Below, piece by piece: positions 49,575 to 59,695 of a stretch of DNA of 64,000 nucleotides; within the stretch, counting starts at the first letter, position 1, and each line of letters opens with the position of its first letter. Under the pieces are notes generated by a model. The model made no database searches and was not told the origin of the DNA. It saw nothing but the letters and a program-made list of their open reading frames with translations. The position numbers and the translations under genes were made by a program. This DNA is from Gammaproteobacteria bacterium (GTDB lineage: Bacteria; Pseudomonadota; Gammaproteobacteria; Eutrophobiales; Eutrophobiaceae), in contig CBDEUK010000001.1 of assembly GCA_965243205.1 (NCBI GenBank), forward strand, positions 160,001 to 224,000, read 5' to 3'.

Positions 49575-49615
49575 CCCTAATCAACCTTTAAAATATCATT
49601 GTTGGAGAATTAGTT

Positions 49616-50026
49616 ATGAAAGCTAGTGGAAAATGTCTATGTGGTTCCATTGAACTGGAAGTTGAAGTTTCAAATACTGAGACGGGTGCTTGTCATTGCA
49701 ATATGTGTAGAACATGGTCTGGTGGTCCGATGTTGGCTATTGACTGTGGTGATTCATTGAAAATTTCTGATGAATCATCAGTAAAACGATATCAATCGTC
49801 AGAATGGGCAGAACGAGGATTTTGTGAAACCTGCGGCACACATCTTTTTTATTATTTAAAACCCAATAATCAATATCACCTTCCTACTGGTTTATTGGAT
49901 ATTGAATCAAGTTACCATTTCAGCCATCAAATTTTCATTGATGAAAAACCTGATTATTACAGCTTTTCAAATGAAACTCAGAATATGACAGGCGCTGAAG
50001 TATTCGCACATTTTGGAATGGAATAA
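49616..50026 (+). CDS. GFA family (CENP-V/Mss4-like) zinc protein
   Basis: GKCLCG, CHCNMCR and ERGFCETCGTHL. Confidence 0.92.
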   Translation: MKASGKCLCGSIELEVEVSNTETGACHCNMCRTWSGGPMLAIDCGDSLKISDESSVKRYQSSEWAERGFCETCGTHLFYYLKPNNQYHLPTGLLDIESSYHFSHQIFIDEKPDYYSFSNETQNMTGAEVFAHFGME

Positions 50027-50044
50027 TTAATAATTTGTTAGTAT

Positions 50045-50464
50045 ATGCGATTCTCTGAAAACCCAGATGTAATAATAAAATTCGAAAACTACCCAAATTT
50101 TATTCGAAAAAAAATGTATTCGTTAAGAGCGCTTGTTATACAAACAGCAAAAGAAATTGAAAGCTTGGATATACTAGAAGAAACTCTTAAATGGGGTGAG
50201 CCAAGTTATATTACAAAAAATGGCAGTACCATTAGAATGGACTGGAAGGATTCAAAGCCAGATCAATATGCAATGTATTTTCACTGCCAAACAAAGCTAA
50301 TTGCTACATTTAAAGAATTATATAAAGAAGAATTTAAATTTGAAGGTAATCGTGCAATAGTATTTAGCAACAAAGATAAAATTTCTAAAAATGAGTTAAA
50401 ACACTGTATATCGATTGCGCTAAATTATCATAAAGTAAAACATTTACCATTGCTCGGTGCGTAA
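50045..50464 (+). CDS. DUF1801 domain protein
   Basis: ETLKWGEPSY, GSTIRMDWK, YFHCQTKL and FEGNRA. Confidence 0.85.
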   Translation: MRFSENPDVIIKFENYPNFIRKKMYSLRALVIQTAKEIESLDILEETLKWGEPSYITKNGSTIRMDWKDSKPDQYAMYFHCQTKLIATFKELYKEEFKFEGNRAIVFSNKDKISKNELKHCISIALNYHKVKHLPLLGA

Positions 50465-50482
50465 TGAAATACATCTATGTCA

Positions 50483-50514
50483 TTCTAGCTGACCTTTAAA
50501 ACAGTCAGCTAGAA
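50483..50514. terminator. stem-loop between convergent genes
   Basis: TTCTAGCTGAC / GTCAGCTAGAA 11-bp perfect inverted repeat. Confidence 0.7.
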
Positions 50515-50537
50515 CAAATTTATTTAATATTAATTCC

Positions 50538-52625
50538 TTAGAAATCGATTCTAAGAGACAATCTACCATTAATCGGCTCACCAGTACTAATGTTGTCATC
50601 ATTATGTGATGCAGGGAAATATTCTTCATCAAATAAGTTTTCAATATTTAATTGTAATCTAATGTTATCAGTCACTGTGTAATATGCCGCGGCATCTACT
50701 CTAGTAAACGATGGTAAGACTGTATCATTATCAATTTCAGTAAATTGCTCATCTTGATAAATCAAACCTAAACCTAAACCAAAGCTACTAGTAAAATCAT
50801 AACGGTTCCAAATAGAGAACATATTTTGAGGTACTTCTCTTAAGGTACGATTCTGCTCAACGCCACCAATCAATCGACCATTTTCTTTAGCATCTAAATA
50901 ACTATAACCCGCATTGATTTGCCATTGTGGTGTTACTTGCCCAACTAATTGCAATTCCAAACCTTCGATTTGGCTACTGATACGTATGTTACTGGTAGCA
51001 TCGCTTGGATCGACAGTTGTATCATTATCAAGATTCAAACGAAAAATGGATGATGTAAAACTTAACGCATTTAAAATATCCCACTTAACACCAAACTCAT
51101 AATTTTCAAATACCTGAGGCGCCAAGTTAGCATTAGTCGTACTTAAAGTAAGAAATTGTTCGCCAGAACGTGGTAAAAATGATTCACTGTAACTAGCATA
51201 GATAGAAACATCTTCTTGTGGTTTAAAAATAAATCCTAGTCGCGGTGACAACTTTTTATCAATTCGACCTATTTCCAAATTTGCAGCAATATCATTTACA
51301 TTTAGATCAAATTGATCATAGCGCGCACCTGCAATGATTTGAAAATAATCAGTAACGGTTATTTGATCTTGAATATATAAAGAAGCAACTGTGAGATCTG
51401 AGTCTCTGTTACGATTTACATTTGGAAAACTAAACCCAGGAATACTTAATGGATCTGAGAATATAAAAGTTGAAGTTGCAGCACCACCACCAAAATCAAC
51501 GTTATTTCGTGCATTTTGTGTTTCTTGATCAGCATATTCAAAACCATATAACAATTGATGTTTCATGCCAGCAGTTTCAACATTTGAAAGAAAGTTTATT
51601 TGGGCAATAAAATTTTCTCTTTCTGTAGTATCTCTATAACCACTTAACTCAACTTGATTATTTGCAAAGTCAAAAGGATTATTAGCAAAAAGATTTTGAT
51701 ATATCTTATCAAAATCAGAATATTGAATCGTTGCATTTACTTGATGATTTTCATTGAAATCATGAAATATACGACCTCTTAGAATGTGCGCTTCTAAAGT
51801 AGTGTAATTCGCACTTGGTGAACCAAAAAATGTCTCATAAAAACCTGGGGCAGGTTCGCCATTAAAAGAAGGAATACCACGGTCGACTACTCTATCATCG
51901 TCTATATATTCATATGAAAATTGAGCACGGGTATTTTTACCTAATTTGGCAGCAATAGTCGGGTTAAACGCATAACGCTCTCCATCAAAAAAATCACGAT
52001 GATTTTCAAAACCTTCTGCTAACATGTTCACACGAATTGCGGCGTTATCACTAATATAAGTATTACCATCTGCGGTAAATTGATAAGCACCGAAAGTATC
52101 ACCTGTTGAATTAATGCTAGCAAAACGGTCATTCAATATAGGTGTTTTAGTAACACGATTGATATTACCTGCACCACTACCACGACCAAAGATCATTGCG
52201 TTAGGGCCTTTGTGAACTTCGACACGATCAAGGTTATATAATGGACGAAAATACTGAACATCATCACGGACACCATCTACAAAGAAATCCGCTGTACTAC
52301 GTAGGCCGCGGATAACGATAGCATCGCGATGGCCTTCACCTTGGCTGATACTAAGGCCAGGTGTGTAACGAGTGATGTCAGAAATATCTTGAATCGCTTG
52401 GTCTTGAATTTGTTCTTCGGTAATCACTGATACACTTTGAGGTGTATCAAGCAACGGCACATCTGTTTTAAGACCAGCACTTTTAACAGTCTGATACCCT
52501 TGTTTCTCACCTGTAACAATAATTTCATCAGCTTGTATCACCGCTTCTTCGGCGAGTACATTAGTAGTTGAGAATGTAACTCCCGCAGTAAGAGTGATAA
52601 TTAATATATTTTGAGTTTTTTTCAT
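50538..52625 (-). CDS. TonB-dependent siderophore receptor (Fiu/PiuA-like)
   Basis: TonB box EIIVTG, TPQSVSVI, IRG, EVHKGPNAMIFGRG, NIENLFDEEY and terminal Phe; ATG 52625 yields a signal peptide. Confidence 0.92.
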   Translation of the reverse strand: MKKTQNILIITLTAGVTFSTTNVLAEEAVIQADEIIVTGEKQGYQTVKSAGLKTDVPLLDTPQSVSVITEEQIQDQAIQDISDITRYTPGLSISQGEGHRDAIVIRGLRSTADFFVDGVRDDVQYFRPLYNLDRVEVHKGPNAMIFGRGSGAGNINRVTKTPILNDRFASINSTGDTFGAYQFTADGNTYISDNAAIRVNMLAEGFENHRDFFDGERYAFNPTIAAKLGKNTRAQFSYEYIDDDRVVDRGIPSFNGEPAPGFYETFFGSPSANYTTLEAHILRGRIFHDFNENHQVNATIQYSDFDKIYQNLFANNPFDFANNQVELSGYRDTTERENFIAQINFLSNVETAGMKHQLLYGFEYADQETQNARNNVDFGGGAATSTFIFSDPLSIPGFSFPNVNRNRDSDLTVASLYIQDQITVTDYFQIIAGARYDQFDLNVNDIAANLEIGRIDKKLSPRLGFIFKPQEDVSIYASYSESFLPRSGEQFLTLSTTNANLAPQVFENYEFGVKWDILNALSFTSSIFRLNLDNDTTVDPSDATSNIRISSQIEGLELQLVGQVTPQWQINAGYSYLDAKENGRLIGGVEQNRTLREVPQNMFSIWNRYDFTSSFGLGLGLIYQDEQFTEIDNDTVLPSFTRVDAAAYYTVTDNIRLQLNIENLFDEEYFPASHNDDNISTGEPINGRLSLRIDF

Positions 52626-52678
52626 TGCTTCGAATCCATCTATATTTTTATACCAATAATGGGAGCTGAAGATTATTC

Positions 52679-52720
52679 TAATTAAGAACAATTATCAATC
52701 AGTATTTGATTCTTATTACC
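52679..52720 (-). promoter_or_regulatory. possible Fur boxes upstream of the TonB-dependent receptor
   Basis: Minus strand GGTAATAAGAATCAAATAC matches 12/19 of GATAATGATAATCATTATC, with an adjacent GATAATTGTTCTTAAT; AT-rich context lowers specificity. Confidence 0.4.
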
Positions 52721-52874
52721 AATTAGAAAAGAAGAAATTAAAATATTTTTCCTTATGTATCAATAGTTTAAAAAATTTCTCGTAATAATTATTTTTCTTA
52801 ATTTAAAAATTTCACATAAATATCGATTATTAATTACTATATAGAACTCAATACTAAAGTATGGATGACAATAC

Positions 52875-53141
52875 ATGGCCGGTGGTTGGTCCCGTGATGG
52901 GGCGGTTCAAGATCAAATAGACGCATCAATTAAAGATGCGATTAAAGAAGCCAAGGCTCAATTACCTAAAGGCGAAAGCTTAACGCATTGCGAAGAATGT
53001 GAAGAGGAAATCCCTCAAGCTCGTCGTGAAGCGGTTCCTGGCGTGCGTTTGTGTGTTGAATGTCAGTCTGAATTAGATGAAGAAGAAAAATCATTAAAAC
53101 TGTTTAATCGACGTGGTAGTAAAGACAGTCAATTAAGATAA
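52875..53141 (+). CDS. ybiI: DksA/TraR C4-type zinc finger protein (YbiI-like)
   Basis: MAGGWSRDGAVQDQID, CEEC...CVECQ and NRRGSKDSQLR. Confidence 0.9.
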   Translation: MAGGWSRDGAVQDQIDASIKDAIKEAKAQLPKGESLTHCEECEEEIPQARREAVPGVRLCVECQSELDEEEKSLKLFNRRGSKDSQLR

Positions 53142-53167
53142 ACTAACCCTATCTTCAACCCCATTAG

Positions 53168-54943
53168 ATGGAAGGCTCAATGAGTACCTTAAGTTCTTCT
53201 ATGGTTTTTCTCTCTGCTGCAGTCGTAGCAGTCCCTATTTTTAAAAAATTAAAACTGGGAGCTATTCTAGGTTACCTGGTCGCTGGCTTGGTTATCGGAC
53301 CATCTGTTATGAATTGGGTGGACGACCCAGATACCATCTTGCACTTTGCTGAACTCGGTGTGGTATTGCTATTGTTTATTATTGGTTTAGAACTTGAACC
53401 CAATAAACTTTGGCGTTTGCGGAATCAAATTGTTTTAACTGGTGGTGGGCAATTACTTATTACTGCTGTAGTGATTGCACTTCTTCTGAAATATTTCTTA
53501 GCGTTTTCATATATAACATCCATCATCATAGGGTTAGCCCTTGCCTTATCATCAACCGCGTTTGCCATTCAATTGATGACAGAACAAAACATATTACGCA
53601 GCCCTCCAGGACAAAAAGGTTTTGCCATTTTATTAATGCAAGACTTAGCAGTGATACCTATCTTATTACTCGTTGACAGCTTTGCAGTTGATGAACATGG
53701 CGCAGCGCCTGTTTGGTGGTTAAGCCTTGCTATTATTATTTCCGTATTAATAATCGGGCGGTATTTACTGAATCCTTTTTTACGTCTTATCTCACGCTAC
53801 GGCAGTAATGAAATCATGACTGCCGCTGCATTATTAATCGTCATTGCAACTGCAGTCGGTATGCAAGAAGCTGAGCTATCAATGGGTATGGGGGCATTTG
53901 TTGCAGGTATACTGTTAGCCAACTCAAGTTTTCGACATCAATTAGAAACCGAAATCGAACCGTTTAAAGGTTTATTGTTAGGTTTATTTTTTATCGCGAT
54001 CGGTATGCATCTCGATTTAAGTCTTCTCGTTGCAAAACCTATTTTTATTCTGAGTGCGTCCCTTATATTAGTGCTTATAAAATTACTGATCATCTATGGC
54101 ATTTTGCGTCTCAATAAGCAAACAAATATCGATTCAATTCGAATTGGTTTAATGTTGTCACAAGGCGGTGAGTTTGCTTTCGTTGTGATGAGCCACGCTG
54201 CATCAAATGGCATATTTAATATAGACCTTGCTAATGAAGTTACATTGATAGTTGGTATATCAATGGCATTAACATCGCCATTGGTTATTTTACAAAGTAT
54301 TCTTTTTAGCAGTCGTAATTGTCCTCCAGTCTATGACACCAGTCGTGATACAGATGAACCTCAAATTATTATCGCTGGGTTTGGTCGCTTCGGACAAATT
54401 ACTGCGAGAATTTTAAGCGCGAATCATATTCCTTTTACCGCTTTGGATAAGGATGCTGAACATATCGAATTTGTGAAAAAATTTGGCAGTAAAATCTTTT
54501 ATGGTGATGCCTGTCGTTTAGACTTATTAAAAACCGCTGGGATAGAGCATGCTAAAGTGATTCTAATCAGTGTGGATAGCGATGAGGACGGTTTAAAAAT
54601 CACAAAACTAGTACGTGAAAATTATCCACACATTAATATTATCGCTAGAGCACATAATCGTTTATCCGCAATGAAGTACGCTGAATTAGGCGTCACAAAC
54701 TATGTAAGAGAAGTATTTGCAGGCAGCCTTGAAGCAGCGCAAATGGTGTTACAGGAATATGGTTTTTCAGCTGCAGAAGCAGAAAATATGGCTCAGGTAT
54801 TCTCTGCTCATGATTTCGCAATTCTAAATAAGGCAATTGAAGAAAAAATGGATATGCAACAATTAATTGATGTCAGTGAACAAAACCGCAAAGAATTACA
54901 ATCATTATTTACACAAGATGAAAAAGAGATTACTCAGCATTAA
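53168..54943 (+). CDS. KefB/KefC-type CPA2 potassium:proton antiporter
   Basis: AELGVVLLLFIIGLE, LSSTA, QD, HQLETEIEPFK loop and KTN domain AGFGRFGQ. Confidence 0.9.
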   Translation: MEGSMSTLSSSMVFLSAAVVAVPIFKKLKLGAILGYLVAGLVIGPSVMNWVDDPDTILHFAELGVVLLLFIIGLELEPNKLWRLRNQIVLTGGGQLLITAVVIALLLKYFLAFSYITSIIIGLALALSSTAFAIQLMTEQNILRSPPGQKGFAILLMQDLAVIPILLLVDSFAVDEHGAAPVWWLSLAIIISVLIIGRYLLNPFLRLISRYGSNEIMTAAALLIVIATAVGMQEAELSMGMGAFVAGILLANSSFRHQLETEIEPFKGLLLGLFFIAIGMHLDLSLLVAKPIFILSASLILVLIKLLIIYGILRLNKQTNIDSIRIGLMLSQGGEFAFVVMSHAASNGIFNIDLANEVTLIVGISMALTSPLVILQSILFSSRNCPPVYDTSRDTDEPQIIIAGFGRFGQITARILSANHIPFTALDKDAEHIEFVKKFGSKIFYGDACRLDLLKTAGIEHAKVILISVDSDEDGLKITKLVRENYPHINIIARAHNRLSAMKYAELGVTNYVREVFAGSLEAAQMVLQEYGFSAAEAENMAQVFSAHDFAILNKAIEEKMDMQQLIDVSEQNRKELQSLFTQDEKEITQH

Positions 54944-55022
54944 ATAATGTTGATTGCTATAAATCACATATATTTGATATTGATCATATAAATTAATAAT
55001 TTAAACAATTACTATCACATAA

Positions 55023-56726
55023 ATGCATACACATCTCATTCAAGATACTGTCATTTTATTTTCATTAGCCGTTTGCGCGGTCATTCTATTTCGACGTTTT
55101 AATCTCCCCGCTATATTAGGTTACCTATTCGTAGGTATTATTGCTGGACCTTATTTATTAGGTTGGATGCAATCTAATGAAACAACACATTTACTGGGTG
55201 AAATCGGTGTTGTTTTTTTACTGTTTACTATTGGTCTAGAATTCTCATTTACAAAATTCCTACGCATGCGTAATGCATTATTTGGTTTAGGAGGAACTCA
55301 AGTATTAATAGGGACAATATCAGGTATGTTGATAGCAATATGGATTGGTATCAAATGGGAAGCAGCATTGATTATTGGTGGTGCTCTCGCTTTATCATCA
55401 ACAGCCATTGTGCTCAAACAATTAGGCGAACAGTTAGAACTTAACAAACCTCATGGAAGAGTCGCATTAAGTATTTTATTGTTTCAAGATATAGCAGCGA
55501 TCCCTTTTCTTGTCATGATCCCTGTATTTGCTTCTGATAACACTGAAAACATGAATATGCTTTTGATAATGGCATTAGGTAAAGGAGTGATTGCGTTACT
55601 GATTTTATTGGGCATAGGACGTTGGTTATTGCGACCGATATTTCATGAAGTAGCTAACTTACGTTCACAAGAATTATTTACTTTAACTGTATTGCTTATT
55701 GCTTTACTGGCTGCTTGGTTAACTTATTTAATGGGCTTATCTTTAGCACTAGGTGCTTTTATTGCTGGCATGATGCTTGGTGAAACTGAATACAGGCATC
55801 AAATAGAAACTGAAATAAGGCCATTTCGAGATGTATTAATGGGTTTGTTTTTTATAACGGTAGGTATGCAATTAAATATATTTGCTGTTATTAATAGTTG
55901 GTATTGGGTCGGGTTATTATTAGTTGGGCTTATGTTAGGTAAAGGTATATTTATCGGTTTTCTAACTCGATTTGCAAATTACTCGAATGCAACAGCTGTA
56001 AAGTCTGGAATTGTCTTAGGTCAAGGTGGTGAATTTGGTATTGCGTTACTTAGTTTATCATTATCAACTGGCTTAATTAATCATGAAGAAATACAACCTG
56101 TATTAGCGGCGATTATTCTATCGATGGCTTTAGCACCTTTATTTATTCGGTACAGTGAATCACTAACGAATCGTTTATTAAAGCCAAATGATAATGACGT
56201 TATCGATAATGAGGTTGAAATAGTTAATGAAGAGCGAACAAAGCATATTATTTTGTGCGGGTATGGCAGAACTGGGCAACGTATTCAAAAAGTTTTAGAA
56301 CAACAACATATTAAAACTGTTGCAATTGATAACGACTCAAAAGTTATTAATGCTACTAGAAAAAATAACCAAGAAATTTACTTCGGAGATGCTTCAGATA
56401 TTCGAATTCTTGAATCGCTCGGTTTAAGCAATGCAGCGGCAGTACTAATTACATTTAATGATATAGAGCGTAGTAAAAATATCGTAACCGCTCTTAGACA
56501 AACTAATTATGAAATACCGATTATATCAAGAGCCTATAATCAGGAAGAAATGGAAATATTAATCGATGCTGGTGCTACCGAAGTAGTACCTGAGGATTTA
56601 GAAACCAGTTTGATGTTAGTGACACAACTTTTATTAATTATTGGTATGCCGCTCGATGACGTTTTGAATGAGTTGAACAATATTAAAAAAGATCATTACC
56701 ATCTACTCAGTGATAGTAAAATTTAA
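55023..56726 (+). CDS. second CPA2 cation:proton antiporter with KTN domain
   Basis: GEIGVVFLLFTIGLEF, LSSTAIV, FQDIA, HQIETEIRPFR and CGYGRTG. Confidence 0.9.
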   Translation: MHTHLIQDTVILFSLAVCAVILFRRFNLPAILGYLFVGIIAGPYLLGWMQSNETTHLLGEIGVVFLLFTIGLEFSFTKFLRMRNALFGLGGTQVLIGTISGMLIAIWIGIKWEAALIIGGALALSSTAIVLKQLGEQLELNKPHGRVALSILLFQDIAAIPFLVMIPVFASDNTENMNMLLIMALGKGVIALLILLGIGRWLLRPIFHEVANLRSQELFTLTVLLIALLAAWLTYLMGLSLALGAFIAGMMLGETEYRHQIETEIRPFRDVLMGLFFITVGMQLNIFAVINSWYWVGLLLVGLMLGKGIFIGFLTRFANYSNATAVKSGIVLGQGGEFGIALLSLSLSTGLINHEEIQPVLAAIILSMALAPLFIRYSESLTNRLLKPNDNDVIDNEVEIVNEERTKHIILCGYGRTGQRIQKVLEQQHIKTVAIDNDSKVINATRKNNQEIYFGDASDIRILESLGLSNAAAVLITFNDIERSKNIVTALRQTNYEIPIISRAYNQEEMEILIDAGATEVVPEDLETSLMLVTQLLLIIGMPLDDVLNELNNIKKDHYHLLSDSKI

Positions 56727-56741
56727 TTCCGTTATCTCAGA

Positions 56742-57338
56742 CTAATCTACAAGCGTTCTACCAGCTAAAGCCCTTGATACAGTATTACTATCAATATACT
56801 CAAGCTCTCCACCCATTGGAATACCATGCGCTAGGCGTGTTACTTTAACATTATACTTTCGCACCATTTCACTAATAAAATGCGCTGTTGCTTCACCTTC
56901 AACCGTCGCACTCGTTGCTAGTATCACTTCGTCAACCCCACCCTGCTCTACGATTGAGTTTAATTGATTTAACCCAAGATCTTCTGGTCCTATTCCATCT
57001 AAAGGTGATAAATGTCCCATCAATACAAAATACAACCCACGATAATGCGCATCTTCAATCGCGTAGACATCCGCAGGGCTTTCAACGACACATAACAAAG
57101 AACGGTCACGTTTTGGACTGGAACAATAATCACATAGATCATTTTCACTAAAGGTGCGGCAATTTTTACAATGCCCAATATTTTCCATGGCTTCTTGTAA
57201 AATTCCACCTAACTTAATTGCGCCTTTACGGTTACGTTGTAATAAATGGTAAGCAATACGTTGAGCAGATTTACGGCCAATACCTGGCATACAACATAAC
57301 GACTCAATAAGATCGTTTAGTAATGGGGTATCAGCCAT
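56742..57338 (-). CDS. recR: recombination mediator RecR
   Basis: PGIGRKSAQR, C4 zinc finger, Toprim domain and EGEATA. Confidence 0.97.
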   Translation of the reverse strand: MADTPLLNDLIESLCCMPGIGRKSAQRIAYHLLQRNRKGAIKLGGILQEAMENIGHCKNCRTFSENDLCDYCSSPKRDRSLLCVVESPADVYAIEDAHYRGLYFVLMGHLSPLDGIGPEDLGLNQLNSIVEQGGVDEVILATSATVEGEATAHFISEMVRKYNVKVTRLAHGIPMGGELEYIDSNTVSRALAGRTLVD

Positions 57339-57395
57339 AGTTTTTATAAATTTGTCTTATATTTTTGAAAACGTTATCAGACTGGACTTTGTATA

Positions 57396-57719
57396 TTAGA
57401 ACGGTAACTTCATGCCTGGAGGCAAACCCATACCACCTGCTAAACCAGACATTTTTTCCTGTGTTTCAGTATCAACGCGTCGGTTAGCATCATTCACGGC
57501 AGCTGCGATTAAATCTTCCAGCATTTCTTTATCATCATTAACAATACTCGGATCAATTTCTACTCGTTTAACATCGTGCTTACAGGTCATAGTGACTTTA
57601 ACTAAGCCTGCACCAGATTCACCAGTGACTTCAATGCTTTCTAATTCTGCTTGCGCCTTCTGCATATTTTCCTGCATTTTTTGCGCTTGCTTCATAATAT
57701 TACCAAGTCCGCCTTTCAT
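57396..57719 (-). CDS. ybaB: YbaB/EbfC nucleoid-associated protein
   Basis: [18 protein letters not shown] and [11 protein letters not shown]. Confidence 0.96.
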   Translation of the reverse strand: MKGGLGNIMKQAQKMQENMQKAQAELESIEVTGESGAGLVKVTMTCKHDVKRVEIDPSIVNDDKEMLEDLIAAAVNDANRRVDTETQEKMSGLAGGMGLPPGMKLPF

Positions 57720-57746
57720 AATGTTACCTCAATAAATTTAATATCT

Positions 57747-59315
57747 TTAAACTGGTTTAATCGTACTTTCATCAACTTGTATGCCAAAGGCATCTTGTAA
57801 AGCGCTGACATTAGGATCATTTGCAATCGATACTTTTGCTGAAGCTAAAGCTTCATTGTTTTCACGTTGTTTTTGTTGTGCCGGTGTTTCTGTCATAACA
57901 TCTTGTACAGTTATATTTAATTTAATATGTTCGCCTAATAATTTTTTAACCGATTGCTCTAATTTCTGAGATTGATTTGATTTTAATAAATGTTCTTGTT
58001 CAGATGACACTAATAAATCAATACGACTATCAGTACAATTTTCTAATACGCAATGTGAAGCAAACTCTTTGGTTAGCCCTGTTAGAGACATTTTTTCTAA
58101 CATCTCATTCCATTCATCCGTACTTAAAGTTTTAATATCTTTAGGAGCGATGGCCTGAGATTCTTGTTCAGATTCCGATTCAGTACTTGTTTGTTGTTTA
58201 GGCTCTACTGATTTAGTTATTTGTTTAACGTTACTCGGTGGAATTGGTTTTTGTGGTTGAAATGCCATCATTCGAATAAGTGTCATCTCAAAACCCATTT
58301 TTGCATCGGGTGATAGATATAAATCACGACGACCCGTCAAAGCAATTTGATACAACAACTGTATAAACTCTTTATCCGCTTGTTCAGCTAACGTTAAAAG
58401 CTCAGGTTCGTTATCATTAGGTGCCATTTGTAAAATAGCAATATTTTGTAAAACGCTCAGCATTTCACTTAGTACTTGATCGTAATCAGGATTGTGTTCC
58501 GATATTTGTTGAATGTTATCAAATACTGCAACTGCATCGCCTGTAAGAATATTTCCTACTAAACCAATTAAGTCACTACTATCAATAGCACCCAACATCG
58601 CTTGTACTTGCGCATGTTCTAACTTTCCACCGCCATAGGCAATCGCTTGATCTAATAAACTCAACGCATCACGTAAACTACCGTTCGCTGCTTTGGCAAT
58701 CATTCGACATGACTTATCGTCAGATTCAACCTTCTCTTGTTCTAAAATAAATTTAATTTGCTGTTCAATTTGTTCAACATTGATATGTTTTAAATTGAAT
58801 TGTAAACAGCGCGATAGAATAGTGACTGGGACTTTTTTTGATTCCGTGGTGGCTAATAAAAACTTCACATGTGGTGGCGGTTCTTCCAGTGTTTTTAACA
58901 AAGCATTAAAACTGTGATTAGAGAACATGTGAACCTCATCGATAAGGTAAACTTTATAACGGCCTACGCTTGGTGCATATTGCACGTTATCCATTAAATC
59001 TCGAGTTTCATCGACTTTGGCTCTAGATGCGGCATCGACTTCGATTAGATCAACAAATCTGCCTTCATCAATCGCAACACAAGCACTGCATTTGCCACAA
59101 GGTTTCGAGCTAACGCCTTCCTCACAATTTAGGCATTTAGCTAATACGCGGGCAACCGTAGTTTTGCCGACACCACGGGTTCCAGTGAATAGATAGGCAT
59201 GATGTAAGCGGTCGTTATCCAAAGCATTGACCAGAGCTTTTAATACATGCTCTTGTCCCATCATTTCCTCAAAAAAACGAGGACGCCATTTACGCGCTAA
59301 AACTTGATAACTCAT
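57747..59315 (-). CDS. dnaX: DNA polymerase III subunit gamma/tau
   Basis: MSYQVLARKWRP, GTRGVGKT, DEVHM and SRC. Confidence 0.97.
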   Translation of the reverse strand: MSYQVLARKWRPRFFEEMMGQEHVLKALVNALDNDRLHHAYLFTGTRGVGKTTVARVLAKCLNCEEGVSSKPCGKCSACVAIDEGRFVDLIEVDAASRAKVDETRDLMDNVQYAPSVGRYKVYLIDEVHMFSNHSFNALLKTLEEPPPHVKFLLATTESKKVPVTILSRCLQFNLKHINVEQIEQQIKFILEQEKVESDDKSCRMIAKAANGSLRDALSLLDQAIAYGGGKLEHAQVQAMLGAIDSSDLIGLVGNILTGDAVAVFDNIQQISEHNPDYDQVLSEMLSVLQNIAILQMAPNDNEPELLTLAEQADKEFIQLLYQIALTGRRDLYLSPDAKMGFEMTLIRMMAFQPQKPIPPSNVKQITKSVEPKQQTSTESESEQESQAIAPKDIKTLSTDEWNEMLEKMSLTGLTKEFASHCVLENCTDSRIDLLVSSEQEHLLKSNQSQKLEQSVKKLLGEHIKLNITVQDVMTETPAQQKQRENNEALASAKVSIANDPNVSALQDAFGIQVDESTIKPV

Positions 59316-59364
59316 TTAATCAGCAAAAACCTTATTTGAGTGTATACATTATTATAGTAAGGGA

Positions 59365-59476
<112 letters not shown>

Positions 59477-59695
59477 ATAAAGAGGCTAATCTTAACAATT
59501 ATCAGATGGCGTGAATAGTGCGCATTTATAAACTAACTTATTGAATATTGAAAAAAAATGTTCAATTTAAAACCAGTATTTTTCCCTAAACACTTGCTAT
59601 TATTACATAATGTTAATAGACCATTATCTTATAATTAGGTCTATCCATGCTATGTTATAAAATTAATCAGTATTAAAAGGCTCTAAAATAATTAT

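Larger units (their letters stand above)
46345..49581 (+). mobile_element. integron gene-cassette array remnant (CALIN-like) with minimised attC sites, no intI in window
   Basis: Each gene is preceded by a GTTRRRY-like site and followed by its reverse complement: 10 bp (46819/47894), 13 bp (47938/48261), 8 bp (48292/48755), 7 bp (48763/49188) and 9 of 11 bp (49213/49571). Confidence 0.8.

Noticed and set aside
52626-52691. Longer start for the TonB-dependent receptor
   Set aside because: The extension overlaps the putative promoter/Fur region and masks the signal peptide that begins at 52625.
57747-59315. Programmed -1 frameshift in dnaX (gamma subunit)
   Set aside because: I did not spot an A-AAA-AAG slippery site with a downstream hairpin in the linker region by eye.
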